Source: Candidatus Hydrothermarchaeum profundi
Lineage (GTDB): Archaea; Hydrothermarchaeota; Hydrothermarchaeia; Hydrothermarchaeales; Hydrothermarchaeaceae
Direction: 5' to 3'
NCBI GenBank assembly: GCA_002011125.2
Contig: MTMF02000009.1
Span: 428,006-492,005, forward strand
Length of the DNA stretch: 64,000 nucleotides
Every line of letters starts with the position of its first letter. Position 1 is the first letter of the stretch. This document shows positions 10,036 to 19,591 of this stretch, piece after piece. Under the pieces are notes generated by a model, which did not search any database, had not been told where the DNA came from, and saw only the letters and a program-made list of their open reading frames with translations. The translations under genes and the position numbers were made by a program.

Positions 10036-10836
10036 ATGATTACCAAAAGGATAATACCATGTTTGGACGTAAAAGACGGCAGAGTTGTTAAAGGAATTAA
10101 TTTTAAAAATTTAAAAGATGCCGGCCATCCCGTTAAGCTCGCTAAAATGTACGATGAACAAGGAGCTGACGAACTGGTTTACCTTGATATAAGTGCCTCA
10201 CCAGAAGGAAGAAAAACTATGTTAGACTTAGTGGAAAAAACAGCAGATCAAGTCTTCATCCCTCTAACTGTAGGCGGAGGAATAAGTAGTGTTGAAGACA
10301 TTAGAAGAATTTTAAAGGCAGGAGCAGATAAAGTTGCGATCAACACCGCTGCTGTTAAAAATCCTGAAATCATTAAAAAAGGAGCCACTAAATTTGGTTC
10401 CCAATGCATCGTTTCAGCAATTGATGCTAAAAGAGTCTATGAAAACAATAAAACAAAAAATGTTATAGAGACTCTAGAGGGAAAATGCTGGCTTGAAGTC
10501 TACATCTATGGTGGAAGAAAACCTACGGGAATAGATGCAATTACTTGGGCAAAAAAAGTTGAAGAACTTGGGGCAGGCGAAATATTACTTACAAGCATGG
10601 ACGCGGATGGTACTAAAATGGGTTTTGACATCCCTCTAACAAGAACCATTTCTGAAGAAACGAATATACCAATTATAGCAAGCGGTGGTGCCGGAACTCT
10701 AGAGCACATTTATGAGGCTCTAACTATCGGAAAAGCAGATGCCGCGTTGGCTGCCTCAATATTTCATTATAAGGAGTATACGGTTGGGGATATTAAAAAT
10801 TATCTTAAAGAGCGGAACGTACCGGTGAGAATTTAA
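10036..10836 (+). CDS. hisF: Imidazole glycerol phosphate synthase cyclase subunit
   Basis: [38 protein letters not shown] motifs. Confidence 0.97.
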   Translation: MITKRIIPCLDVKDGRVVKGINFKNLKDAGHPVKLAKMYDEQGADELVYLDISASPEGRKTMLDLVEKTADQVFIPLTVGGGISSVEDIRRILKAGADKVAINTAAVKNPEIIKKGATKFGSQCIVSAIDAKRVYENNKTKNVIETLEGKCWLEVYIYGGRKPTGIDAITWAKKVEELGAGEILLTSMDADGTKMGFDIPLTRTISEETNIPIIASGGAGTLEHIYEALTIGKADAALAASIFHYKEYTVGDIKNYLKERNVPVRI

Positions 10837-11717
10837 TGGCCCACAACCATGAATTTAAAACTGAAGTTGAACTAAAAAAAGTAATACTATTTATTTCTCT
10901 GATCTTCATTGCTGAAATTATAGGCGGAGTTCTTTCCAACAGCCTTGCTCTCCTCAGTGATGCCGCGCATGTTTTCTCTGACCTATTTGCTTTAACTTTA
11001 AGCTGGACTGCTCTTAAAATATCTGAAAAACCGGCAAGTACTTCTAGAACCTTTGGATTTCATAGAATGGAAATATTTGCGGCACTTATTAACGGAGTTC
11101 TTTTATTGTTAATCTCTTTATTCATTTTCCGTGAGGCTTATTATAGAATTCTTTCCCCACCCCACGTAAAAACTTCTCAAATGTTAATTGTTGCTACTTT
11201 AGGTTTACTTGTAAATATATGGGTAGTTATCAGACTTAAACGCCATACTTCCGATCTTAATGTGAAAAGTGCCTTTTTACATGCACTAGGGGACGCAATC
11301 GCTTCAGTAGGTGTTATAACGGGAGGTGTAATAATACTTTTTACTGGATATTTCATAGCAGATCCCCTTATTAGCGTATTTATTGGAATTATAATCCTAG
11401 TAGGATCTCTTAGGCTTATCAAAGAAGCGTCTCATATTCTATTAGAAGGCACTCCACGGCATATTGATATTGAACAAGTAACAGTTGCTATCTCCTCAAT
11501 AGAGGGGGTAAAAAATATACATGACCTACATGTCTGGAGTATATGTTCTCATATAAATGCCGCAAGCGCACATGTCATCGTGGAAGACAAAAAGGTAAGT
11601 GAAATCGAAGAAATGTCAAAAAAAATAAAAGATAAAATGGAAGATTTCAACATCAAACATACAACGATCGAATTCGAATGCGGAGAAGATGGCGAGCCTT
11701 GCCAATTAACCCATTAA
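10836..11717 (+). CDS. Cation diffusion facilitator (CzcD/ZitB-like Zn transporter)
   Basis: SLALLSDAAHVFSD, TFGFHRME, LHALGD, HDLHVWSI motifs. Confidence 0.92.
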   Translation: MAHNHEFKTEVELKKVILFISLIFIAEIIGGVLSNSLALLSDAAHVFSDLFALTLSWTALKISEKPASTSRTFGFHRMEIFAALINGVLLLLISLFIFREAYYRILSPPHVKTSQMLIVATLGLLVNIWVVIRLKRHTSDLNVKSAFLHALGDAIASVGVITGGVIILFTGYFIADPLISVFIGIIILVGSLRLIKEASHILLEGTPRHIDIEQVTVAISSIEGVKNIHDLHVWSICSHINAASAHVIVEDKKVSEIEEMSKKIKDKMEDFNIKHTTIEFECGEDGEPCQLTH

Positions 11718-11727
11718 AAGTGTTATT

Positions 11728-12327
11728 ATGAAAGTTGCAATAATCGACTACGGCATGGGAAACCTACGAAGCGTGTACCGAGGTTTAGAATATGGAGGGG
11801 CTAAACCAGTTATTACAATCGATAGAGAGGAAATAGAAGATAGTGATGCAATAGTTCTTCCAGGCGTAGGAGCTTTTTGTGATGCCATTAATGGCTTAAA
11901 AGGGATAGAAGACATCATTAAAGAAAGCTCTAAAGAAAAACCGATTCTGGGTATCTGCTTAGGGCTTCAACTCTACTTTAGCGAGAGCGAGGAGGATGGA
12001 CTCCATAAGGGTTTAGATCTAATGGTGGGTAAAGTAGTAAAACTTCCACCTACAGTTAAAGTACCTCAAATGGGGTGGAATTCCATAAAAATAAAGAAGG
12101 AAAGCAGATTACTAGACGGCATTAGAGATGGAGAGTTTTTTTACTTCGTTCACTCATTTTACGCCAAGCCTAAAGAAGATGTGACCGTTGCAACAACAGA
12201 ATATGGTGTTGAGATTCCCGCGATATTAGAAAAAGGCAAACTATATGCTACGCAGTTCCATCCAGAAAAGAGCGGGAAAATTGGGTTAAACCTCCTTAAA
12301 AATTTCATAGCTATAGCTAAAGAATAA
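11728..12327 (+). CDS. hisH: Imidazole glycerol phosphate synthase glutaminase subunit
   Basis: DYGMGNL.SV, PGVGAF, GICLG, VPQMGWN, QFHPEKSG motifs. Confidence 0.97.
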   Translation: MKVAIIDYGMGNLRSVYRGLEYGGAKPVITIDREEIEDSDAIVLPGVGAFCDAINGLKGIEDIIKESSKEKPILGICLGLQLYFSESEEDGLHKGLDLMVGKVVKLPPTVKVPQMGWNSIKIKKESRLLDGIRDGEFFYFVHSFYAKPKEDVTVATTEYGVEIPAILEKGKLYATQFHPEKSGKIGLNLLKNFIAIAKE

Positions 12328-12371
12328 AAAGTAAAAAATACGCTTTTTTTAATCTACAAGCATGATTTAGT

Positions 12372-13163
12372 TCATATCGCTAGATTAAAGGCCCTCCCTT
12401 TCCATAGTGCCAAGAATTTCTCACGACTAATTCTTAGATAATCCCTATCATGAGCATGGATCTCCAAGGTAATAGTACCATCATACACTCTCTTTAATTC
12501 TCTTACCATTTTTTTCCAGTCGATATTCCCTGTACCTAGAGGGAGATGAAGATCTTCATATCCTAAATTATCGTGAACATGAACATGAGCTAATCTTTCA
12601 TAAAAATTTTTTAAGAATACGAAAAGTTCCTCTTCCTCTCTAAGACCCAAATTAGCATGCCCAATATCGAATAAAAACTTAGCGTTTGGAACTTCGCTAA
12701 AGATTCTAGAGAAATCTTCAACATTGAACGTGGAGATATCCATATTTTCAACGCAGAGCGTTATTCCTCTGTCGCTTGCTTCCTCAACTATTTCTTTAAT
12801 TCCCGCTATATTGCGTCCAAGTTTATCCTCAAATAGTCCCTTTGGCTTTAAAATATGAATTCCAACTTTTTCTATCTCGAATTTTGAAGCTATTTTTATA
12901 ACCTTTTTAGCCTCTTTGAGATATGCTTTTTGAACGGTCTTGTACGGATTTCCTATGTCAAAGAACCAAGGTATATGGGCAATAGCAAACATTTCGTACC
13001 TAGTAAGTTGCTCTTTGATTTCATTTAAATTCTCTTTAAGTGTCTCTGGATCTGCTTTTGGTCCTTCAACTGCCAATTCTACAAAGTCAAACCTCATTTC
13101 TCCAAAAAGATTGATCTCCTTTATCACATTTCTTTCGGGATTATTCATAGCGCCAAGCTTCAT
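12372..13163 (-). CDS. Sugar phosphate isomerase/epimerase-like TIM barrel (AP endonuclease 2 family)
   Basis: VENM, DIGHA, HVHVHDN, DLHLPLGTG, TLE metal-binding motifs. Confidence 0.85.
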   Translation of the reverse strand: MKLGAMNNPERNVIKEINLFGEMRFDFVELAVEGPKADPETLKENLNEIKEQLTRYEMFAIAHIPWFFDIGNPYKTVQKAYLKEAKKVIKIASKFEIEKVGIHILKPKGLFEDKLGRNIAGIKEIVEEASDRGITLCVENMDISTFNVEDFSRIFSEVPNAKFLFDIGHANLGLREEEELFVFLKNFYERLAHVHVHDNLGYEDLHLPLGTGNIDWKKMVRELKRVYDGTITLEIHAHDRDYLRISREKFLALWKGRAFNLAI

Positions 13164-13197
13164 GTCATAAGTTTGCTTATTTAACCTTATTTAACAA

Positions 13198-13296
13198 TTA
13201 AAAAAAAAGGAAAATATGAAGAAACCGGATTTGCTTGTTAAAGGAATATGCGCCCATAGGATTTGAATAGTTTCTTAAGGCGCATATATCCTTTAA
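13198..13296 (-). terminator. Long hairpin followed by a T-tract downstream of the rubrerythrin-like gene
   Basis: TTAAAGGAATATGCGCC (13238-13254) pairs with GGCGCATATATCCTTTAA (13279-13296) with one bulge; the A-run at about 13200-13208 is an oligo-T on the minus strand. Confidence 0.5.
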
Positions 13297-13310
13297 AAGT
13301 TTTGGAAATT

Positions 13311-13733
13311 TTATTTAAAATACCTGTCTAATAGTCCTTGAAGTGCTTTTGCATGCCTTGCCTCATCTCTCGAAGATTCATCAAAAAAATCATGCGCCTC
13401 ATCGATGCCTCCTTCCTTAGCTTTTACTGCAGCTTCTCTTTTTCCTTTATTCGCCATTTTTTCTCCTGCCAACATCTTTTCTAGATTCTCTTTAGTACTC
13501 GTTGATATCAAGCCATTGAGTTCAGCAAACCTAGCCGCATGCCATGCTTCATCCATCGCTATTTTCTCAAGGGCCACTGCTATCTCAGGATATCCTTCAC
13601 GCAATGCCTGCTTTGACATTGCGAGATAAAGACCAACTTCACTCGTTTCTCCCATAAAATTTTTCTTTACATGTTCTTCCACAGGGCTTCCCTTAGCAAT
13701 GCCCACCTTGCTTTCAAATTCTAATTCTTGCAT
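13311..13733 (-). CDS. Rubrerythrin/ferritin-like diiron protein lacking a rubredoxin domain
   Basis: GETSE..Y, EAWHA, GEKMA, EARHA diiron motifs; GGAGGTGG ribosome-binding site. Confidence 0.9.
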   Translation of the reverse strand: MQELEFESKVGIAKGSPVEEHVKKNFMGETSEVGLYLAMSKQALREGYPEIAVALEKIAMDEAWHAARFAELNGLISTSTKENLEKMLAGEKMANKGKREAAVKAKEGGIDEAHDFFDESSRDEARHAKALQGLLDRYFK

Positions 13734-13801
13734 TTTTTACCACCTCCATAATTTTTATATAGGTATATCGCATATATTTATACTAAATATATAAATTTTT
13801 G

Positions 13802-13816
13802 GTACGAAATTCGTAC
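13802..13816. promoter_or_regulatory. 15-bp palindromic Lrp-family operator (Ptr2-like) in the divergent rubrerythrin/lrp promoter
   Basis: GTACGAA-A-TTCGTAC perfect inverted repeat just upstream of a minus-strand TTTATATA box at about 13788-13795. Confidence 0.65.
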
Positions 13817-13837
13817 TTAAAAAAAGGAGAAAGTAGT

Positions 13838-14260
13838 ATGGTAGATTGGAAAGATTTGAAAATAATAGAAATGCTTCGCAATAATGCTCGCACCCCTTTT
13901 ACAAAAATAGCAGAAGAACTAGGAGTAACTGAGTCTACTATTAGAAAACGTGTTAAAGCGCTAGAAAAAAGCGGTGCAATAATAGGGTATACTATAAATG
14001 TAGACCCCGTTAAATTGGGTTATAAAAATATTGCCCTTATTGGAATAGATACAGCTCCAGAAAATTATTTTGAAGTAGTAGAAAAACTGATAAGCGAAGA
14101 AGAAGTTCGCTCTGTATCTACCTCTTCTGGAGATCATATGATAATGATAGAATATTGGGCGAAAAATAACAAAGAACTCATGGAATTCACCAATAAATTA
14201 AATTCTTTAAAAGGCGTAACAAAAGTTTGTCCCGCCATCATATTAGAGAAGCTAAAATAG
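13838..14260 (+). CDS. Lrp/AsnC transcriptional regulator (LrpA/Ptr2-like)
   Basis: D.KDLKII..L..NARTPFTKIAEELGVTESTIRKRVK HTH; SSGDHMIM and VCPAIILE motifs; ATG 13838 follows AGGAGA. Confidence 0.92.
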   Translation: MVDWKDLKIIEMLRNNARTPFTKIAEELGVTESTIRKRVKALEKSGAIIGYTINVDPVKLGYKNIALIGIDTAPENYFEVVEKLISEEEVRSVSTSSGDHMIMIEYWAKNNKELMEFTNKLNSLKGVTKVCPAIILEKLK

Positions 14261-14301
14261 AAGCGGATATCTTTATTATTTAATAGAGGATATACTCAAA
14301 T

Positions 14302-15651
14302 ATGGATCTAGAAGGTTTCGCGAGAAGAAAAATACTAGAAGGATACGATCACCAGGAAATAATCAAAGAATTAAAACAAGCAATAAAAGAATTCAAAGAC
14401 TGGAGTGAGGAAAGGAACGAAGAGTTTTCTAAAGCGGTATTAGACGAAGTTATAACCTCAGAATCATACAAAAAAATTAAGGATACTTTCTTAAGAAGGC
14501 TTTTAGGATATCCTACAGCAGAAGTCAAGATGGGAGAATTTGGCGTAGGTTCTAGGGGCGAGGGAGATTTTTTTGTTCATAGAAAAATCGCTGATATTCT
14601 TGGGAGTATGGGCGAGGTTATTGGACCTCAACAGCAGGATGATGCAGGAGTAGTTAAGGGTTCAGGTAGATACTTAACTGTCTCAATAGATGGAATGCAC
14701 TCCAGACTTAGTGAGTTTCCTTTTTTAGCAGGCTTTCATGTTGCCAGAGCTGCTTTGAGGGACGTTTACGTTATGGGATCTAAACCTGTAGCATTGATAA
14801 GCGACCTTCACTTAGGAGACGATGGAGATATAGGGAAGCTTCTTGATTTTACAGCCGGCGTTTCTACTATTTCAGAACTAACAGGAGTTCCAACCGTAGC
14901 TGGGAGTACTCTACGTATAGGAGGAGACATGGTATTTGGCGACCGCTTGGTCGCAGCAGTCGGAGCTGTAGGAACCTCTTCAGAAAGACCTAAAGCTAGA
15001 AAAAATGCTGAAGAAAGTGATGTAATCCTTATAACCGAAGGTAAAGGAGGCGGAACAATCACTACTATAGCGATTTATAATGGATATTTTGATACAATTA
15101 AGGTTACATTGAATGTTGAGTTTATGAAAGCATGTGAAACAATTATGCAGAAGGGTCATATGCAAAGTATTCATGCTATGACTGATGTAACTAATGGTGG
15201 ATTAAGGGGAGATGCTATAGAGATCTCTAGGACTTCTAAAAAGAAACTGATATTTTATGAGGAAATGCTTAATAAATTTGTAAACCCAGAAGTTATGAAA
15301 ATGCTTAAAGACCTGAATATAGATCCCTTAGGTATATCTACCGACTCTTTATTACTAATTTTACCCGAGAAGGAAGTTGAAGATGTTAAGAAATGTTTAA
15401 ATGAAGTAACGAAAACCTACGAAATAGGTAGAGTAGAATCCGGAAAGGGAGTTAAAATTCTTGGTGAGGGAGAAACTGAACTCAAGCCTCTATTCCGTGA
15501 GGCGCCCTACACTAAGATAAAAAAAATTATTGGTGAAAAAACACCGCAGAATGTGGAAAAAATGAAAGAAAATATAGAAAAAGCTAAAAAAGAAGCGGTA
15601 GAAAAAAAGAAAGAGATAATAAAATTTATTGGAGGTGGCAGCTTTGACTGA
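14302..15651 (+). CDS. AIR synthase/HypE/SelD-fold (PurM-like) protein with N-terminal extension, function unknown
   Basis: [32 protein letters not shown] motifs. Confidence 0.8.
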   Translation: MDLEGFARRKILEGYDHQEIIKELKQAIKEFKDWSEERNEEFSKAVLDEVITSESYKKIKDTFLRRLLGYPTAEVKMGEFGVGSRGEGDFFVHRKIADILGSMGEVIGPQQQDDAGVVKGSGRYLTVSIDGMHSRLSEFPFLAGFHVARAALRDVYVMGSKPVALISDLHLGDDGDIGKLLDFTAGVSTISELTGVPTVAGSTLRIGGDMVFGDRLVAAVGAVGTSSERPKARKNAEESDVILITEGKGGGTITTIAIYNGYFDTIKVTLNVEFMKACETIMQKGHMQSIHAMTDVTNGGLRGDAIEISRTSKKKLIFYEEMLNKFVNPEVMKMLKDLNIDPLGISTDSLLLILPEKEVEDVKKCLNEVTKTYEIGRVESGKGVKILGEGETELKPLFREAPYTKIKKIIGEKTPQNVEKMKENIEKAKKEAVEKKKEIIKFIGGGSFD

Positions 15652-16528
15652 AACAGGCACTGAAAAAGTGAAGAGAGGCTTGGCTCAAATGCTTAAGGGA
15701 GGAGTAATAATGGATGTTACAAACGCAGAGCAGGCGGTAATCGCGGAAGAAGCTGGAGCAGTAGCAGTAATGGCTTTGGAAAGAGTGCCCGCGGATATAA
15801 GAGCTGCTGGCGGAGTAGCTAGGATGGCAGATCCAAAAAAAATCGAGGAAATAATGGACGCTGTCACCATACCTGTGATGGCTAAAGTTAGAATTGGACA
15901 TTTCGCTGAAGCCCAGATACTTGAAGCTATGGGAGTTGACTTTATAGATGAAAGTGAAGTTCTCACTCCAGCTGATGAAAGGAATCATATTGACAAAACT
16001 AAATTTAAAGTGCCTTTTGTATGCGGCGCAAGAAGTCTTGGAGAGGCTTTACGTAGGATTGGAGAGGGTGCTGCGATGATAAGGACTAAAGGAGAAGCAG
16101 GTAGCGGTAATGTAGTAGAAGCTGTAAGGCATATGCGAGAGGTGATGGGGCATATTAGAAAACTTCAAAACATGTCAGAAGACGAACTTATGACTGAAGC
16201 TAAAGAGATGGGTGCACCATATGACCTAGTAAAAGAAACCGCTAAGCTTGGAAGACTACCTGTAGTTAATTTCGCTGCTGGCGGAATTGCTACTCCTGCT
16301 GATGCTTCATTAATGATGCAGTTAGGCGCTGATGGTATTTTTGTAGGCTCTGGTATTTTCAAGTCTGAAAATCCTGCTGCAAGAGCTAAAGCAATAGTGA
16401 TGGCTACTACTCACTATGATGATCCAAAGGTATTAATTGAAGCTTCAAAAGGAATCGGAGAGGCTATGAAAGGATTGGATATTAGAAGCCTTAAGCCTGA
16501 AGAACTCCTTCAAACTAGGGGGGTTTGA
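15644..16528 (+). CDS. pdxS: PLP synthase lyase subunit
   Basis: [38 protein letters not shown] motifs; TTG at 15644 follows GGAGGTG. Confidence 0.97.
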   Translation: MTETGTEKVKRGLAQMLKGGVIMDVTNAEQAVIAEEAGAVAVMALERVPADIRAAGGVARMADPKKIEEIMDAVTIPVMAKVRIGHFAEAQILEAMGVDFIDESEVLTPADERNHIDKTKFKVPFVCGARSLGEALRRIGEGAAMIRTKGEAGSGNVVEAVRHMREVMGHIRKLQNMSEDELMTEAKEMGAPYDLVKETAKLGRLPVVNFAAGGIATPADASLMMQLGADGIFVGSGIFKSENPAARAKAIVMATTHYDDPKVLIEASKGIGEAMKGLDIRSLKPEELLQTRGV

Positions 16529-17760
16529 TGCTAAAGTTTTTTAATACCCTCTCCAGAAAGAAGGAGCTTTTTTTTCCTTTGGAGGAGGGAAGAGTAAAAC
16601 TTTACACATGTGGTCCTTCTGTTTATGACACTCCTCACCTTGGTAATTATCGAACTTATGCTTTTGAAGATACATTAAAAAGATACTTAGAATTCAAAGG
16701 TTTTGAAGTATTCCATGTAATGAATGTTACCGATGTTGAAGATAAAGCTATAAGAGCTGCGAAAAAAGATAAAATATCTCTTAAAGAACTTACCAATAGG
16801 TATTTAGATATTTTTTTAAAAGATATGGATTTACTGAAGATAAAGCTTCCTAATATCTGTGCTATAGCTTCTGAACATATAAAAGATGCCGAAAAACTTG
16901 TTAAAATCTTATTAAACAAAGGTTTAGCTTATAAGGATGAAAAAGGCAATGTTTTCTACGATATATCAAAATTTAAGGGATATGGAATGCTTTCAAAAAT
17001 TAAACTCACCGATAAAATGTTAAACCGCAGAGTTACAAAAGATGATTACCAGAATTGGGAGGCAGGAGACTATGTTCTTTGGAAAGCATGGAAGAAGAGT
17101 GATGGAGAAGTATATTGGGAGAGTTATTTAGGGAAAGGACGTCCAGGATGGCATCTAGAGGATACTGCTATCGCCCTTCGATATTTAGGTGATAGATATG
17201 ATATCCACTGCGGTGGTGCGGATAATGTTTTCCCACACCATGAAAATCTAATCGCGCAAAATGATGGAGTAACCGGCCATAAAACTGTTAATTACTGGCT
17301 CCATTGCCGACATTTAATAATAGAAGGAAGAAAGATGTCAAAACGTACCGGAAATGTAGTGTATCCCCAAGACCTTATCTCTAAAGGTTTTACTCCAGAA
17401 GGCATAAGGTATCTATTCTACTCTACCCACTATCGTAGAAGATTGAACTTCACTATGGATGAAATGCGGAAGGCGGAAGAAGAAGTCAAACGCCTAAATG
17501 GATTTATAAAATCCCTAAAAATAGGAGGAAATGAATATATCCCTGAGATAAAGGAGGAAGTTGATAAATTAATTAAAGATTTTGAGAAATCGATGGATGA
17601 CGATCTTAATACTGTGTTAGCTCTCAAGGCAATTTCAAATATGATTGAAAATCTGGGGAAATATAGGAATGTTAAGCTGTCAAAAGATAATTACACGGAG
17701 ATTATGGAAACTATCAAAAGAGTTAATAGCGTGCTCCCTATCTTTCAATATTATCTGTAA
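16525..17760 (+). CDS. Non-canonical class I cysteinyl-tRNA synthetase paralog (altered Zn site, no anticodon-binding domain)
   Basis: [37 protein letters not shown] motifs; the protein ends at 411 aa after the helical bundle. Confidence 0.85.
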   Translation: MMLKFFNTLSRKKELFFPLEEGRVKLYTCGPSVYDTPHLGNYRTYAFEDTLKRYLEFKGFEVFHVMNVTDVEDKAIRAAKKDKISLKELTNRYLDIFLKDMDLLKIKLPNICAIASEHIKDAEKLVKILLNKGLAYKDEKGNVFYDISKFKGYGMLSKIKLTDKMLNRRVTKDDYQNWEAGDYVLWKAWKKSDGEVYWESYLGKGRPGWHLEDTAIALRYLGDRYDIHCGGADNVFPHHENLIAQNDGVTGHKTVNYWLHCRHLIIEGRKMSKRTGNVVYPQDLISKGFTPEGIRYLFYSTHYRRRLNFTMDEMRKAEEEVKRLNGFIKSLKIGGNEYIPEIKEEVDKLIKDFEKSMDDDLNTVLALKAISNMIENLGKYRNVKLSKDNYTEIMETIKRVNSVLPIFQYYL

Positions 17761-17793
17761 GGATGTTACACGTTAAAGTATAAAAAAAAAGAT

Positions 17794-18369
17794 ATGCTTA
17801 TAGGTGTTTTAGCATTACAAGGTGATGTCTCAGAACATTTTAATATCTTGCGAAATTTATTGGCAGCCGAAGAAGTAACTTTGGTTAAAACTAAGGAAAG
17901 GATATCAGAACTTGACGGGCTAATTATACCTGGCGGGGAGAGCACGACCGTTGGAAAACTGATGGTTAAATATGGGATAGATAAAAAGATTAAGAGTAGT
18001 GAAAATTTAGCGATTTTTGGAACCTGCACAGGAGCTATTCTACTTGCTAAAAAAATATTAGGAATGAAACAGTTTACCCTTAATCTTATGGATTTTGAGG
18101 TCGAGAGAAATGCATATGGACGCCAAAGAGAGAGCTTCGAGGCTGACCTAGCGATTCCGGTATTAGATGGGAAGCCGTTTAGAGGTATATTTATCAGGGC
18201 CCCAGTAATTAAAAATGTTGGGAAGAAAGTTAAAGTTCTAGCGAGATATAAGAATGACCCAGTGCTAATAGAAGAGGACAGATTTTTGGCTGCAACTTTT
18301 CACCCAGAACTAACAGATGACATAAGGATACATAAATACTTCATAAAAATCGTTAGGAAGTATCTCTAA
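17794..18369 (+). CDS. pdxT: PLP synthase glutaminase subunit
   Basis: GVLALQG, PGGEST, GTC.G, RNAYGRQ, FIRAP, FHPEL motifs. Confidence 0.97.
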   Translation: MLIGVLALQGDVSEHFNILRNLLAAEEVTLVKTKERISELDGLIIPGGESTTVGKLMVKYGIDKKIKSSENLAIFGTCTGAILLAKKILGMKQFTLNLMDFEVERNAYGRQRESFEADLAIPVLDGKPFRGIFIRAPVIKNVGKKVKVLARYKNDPVLIEEDRFLAATFHPELTDDIRIHKYFIKIVRKYL

Positions 18370-18412
18370 TTACGTTAACGTTTTTATAATATGAAAACTT
18401 AGGGGTAGAGAC

Positions 18413-19582
18413 ATGTTTGTTAGCCTTTATAACTTCAAAGACGAAGTAAGAAATGGATTTAACTTCAAAGAAATAAAGATAAATGACACTACTTTACGAG
18501 ATGGAGAACAAACTCCTGGAGTAGTCTTCTCTATCGAAGAGAAGGTTAATATAGCTAAGATGCTTGACGAGATAGGGGTACAGCAAATTGAAGCTGGAAC
18601 TCCTGCTATGTCTCCTGAAGAGATTAAAGCCGTAAAATCAATTGTCCAAGAAAATCTTAATGCAAGTATTATGGGTTGGGCACGGGCAGTTAAAAGTGAC
18701 ATCGACGCTGTGTTGAAAACTGATGCCGACGCTATTGCTATATCTATTGCTACCTCAGATATACACCTCAAGTACAAGCTGAGAAAAACCAGAGAAGAAG
18801 TTTTAGAGATGGCTACCAATATGGTAGAATATGCAAAATCCCATGGACTATATGTTTCTCTTAATTCAGAAGACGCTACAAGGACGGATTTCCCATTCCT
18901 AAAAGAATTCGCTAAAAGCGGACTTGAAGCCGGAGCTAATAGGCTTAGGATATGTGATACTCTTGGAGTTCTTATACCTGCTTCAAGCAAATACCTAACA
19001 AAGAAAATTATCGAAGAAGTTGGAATAACTGTAGAAATACACACCCACAATGATTATGGACTGGCGGTTGCAAATGCTCTTGCGGCTTTTGAAGCAGGAG
19101 CCGAGTGGGCTTCAACAACTGTTAATGGGTTAGGAGAGAGAGCAGGAAACTCCTCCCTCGAAGGGGTGATAATGAGCCTCATCAAACTATATAACTTAGA
19201 TCTTCCATTTAAAATAAGTAAAATCTACCAGCTTTCTAAATACGTTGAAAAGGCAAGCGGTATACCTATCCCACCCAATAGATCAATCGTTGGCCAACAT
19301 ATGTTCACACATGAATCTGGTATTCATGTAGATGGTGTATTAAAGTACCCCTATACATACGAGTCCTTCTTACCTGACGAAATCGGTGCAAGCAGACGGA
19401 TAGTTATAGGAAAACACTCGGGAAAACATGCAGTGTGGGATAAGCTAAAGTCACTTGGATTCGAGGTGAATAAAGAGGACCTGATGAAAATAGTTGAAAT
19501 AGTAAAAAAGAGAGCCGAAGAGAGAAAGAGTGCTTTAACAGATGACGAATTAAAACAGATAGCTCTGGAAGTACTTAAATGA
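18413..19582 (+). CDS. Homocitrate synthase-like (AksA/NifV/LeuA family, no regulatory domain)
   Basis: DTTLRDGEQ, HTHND, NGLGERAGN, HESGIH, GKHSG motifs; 389 aa. Confidence 0.85.
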   Translation: MFVSLYNFKDEVRNGFNFKEIKINDTTLRDGEQTPGVVFSIEEKVNIAKMLDEIGVQQIEAGTPAMSPEEIKAVKSIVQENLNASIMGWARAVKSDIDAVLKTDADAIAISIATSDIHLKYKLRKTREEVLEMATNMVEYAKSHGLYVSLNSEDATRTDFPFLKEFAKSGLEAGANRLRICDTLGVLIPASSKYLTKKIIEEVGITVEIHTHNDYGLAVANALAAFEAGAEWASTTVNGLGERAGNSSLEGVIMSLIKLYNLDLPFKISKIYQLSKYVEKASGIPIPPNRSIVGQHMFTHESGIHVDGVLKYPYTYESFLPDEIGASRRIVIGKHSGKHAVWDKLKSLGFEVNKEDLMKIVEIVKKRAEERKSALTDDELKQIALEVLK

Positions 19583-19591
19583 GGCTTTTAC

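Noticed and set aside
13238-13296. Hairpin as an archaeal SECIS element
   Set aside because: The upstream gene has no in-frame TGA and the GAA/A bulge with a short GC apical helix is not convincingly formed.
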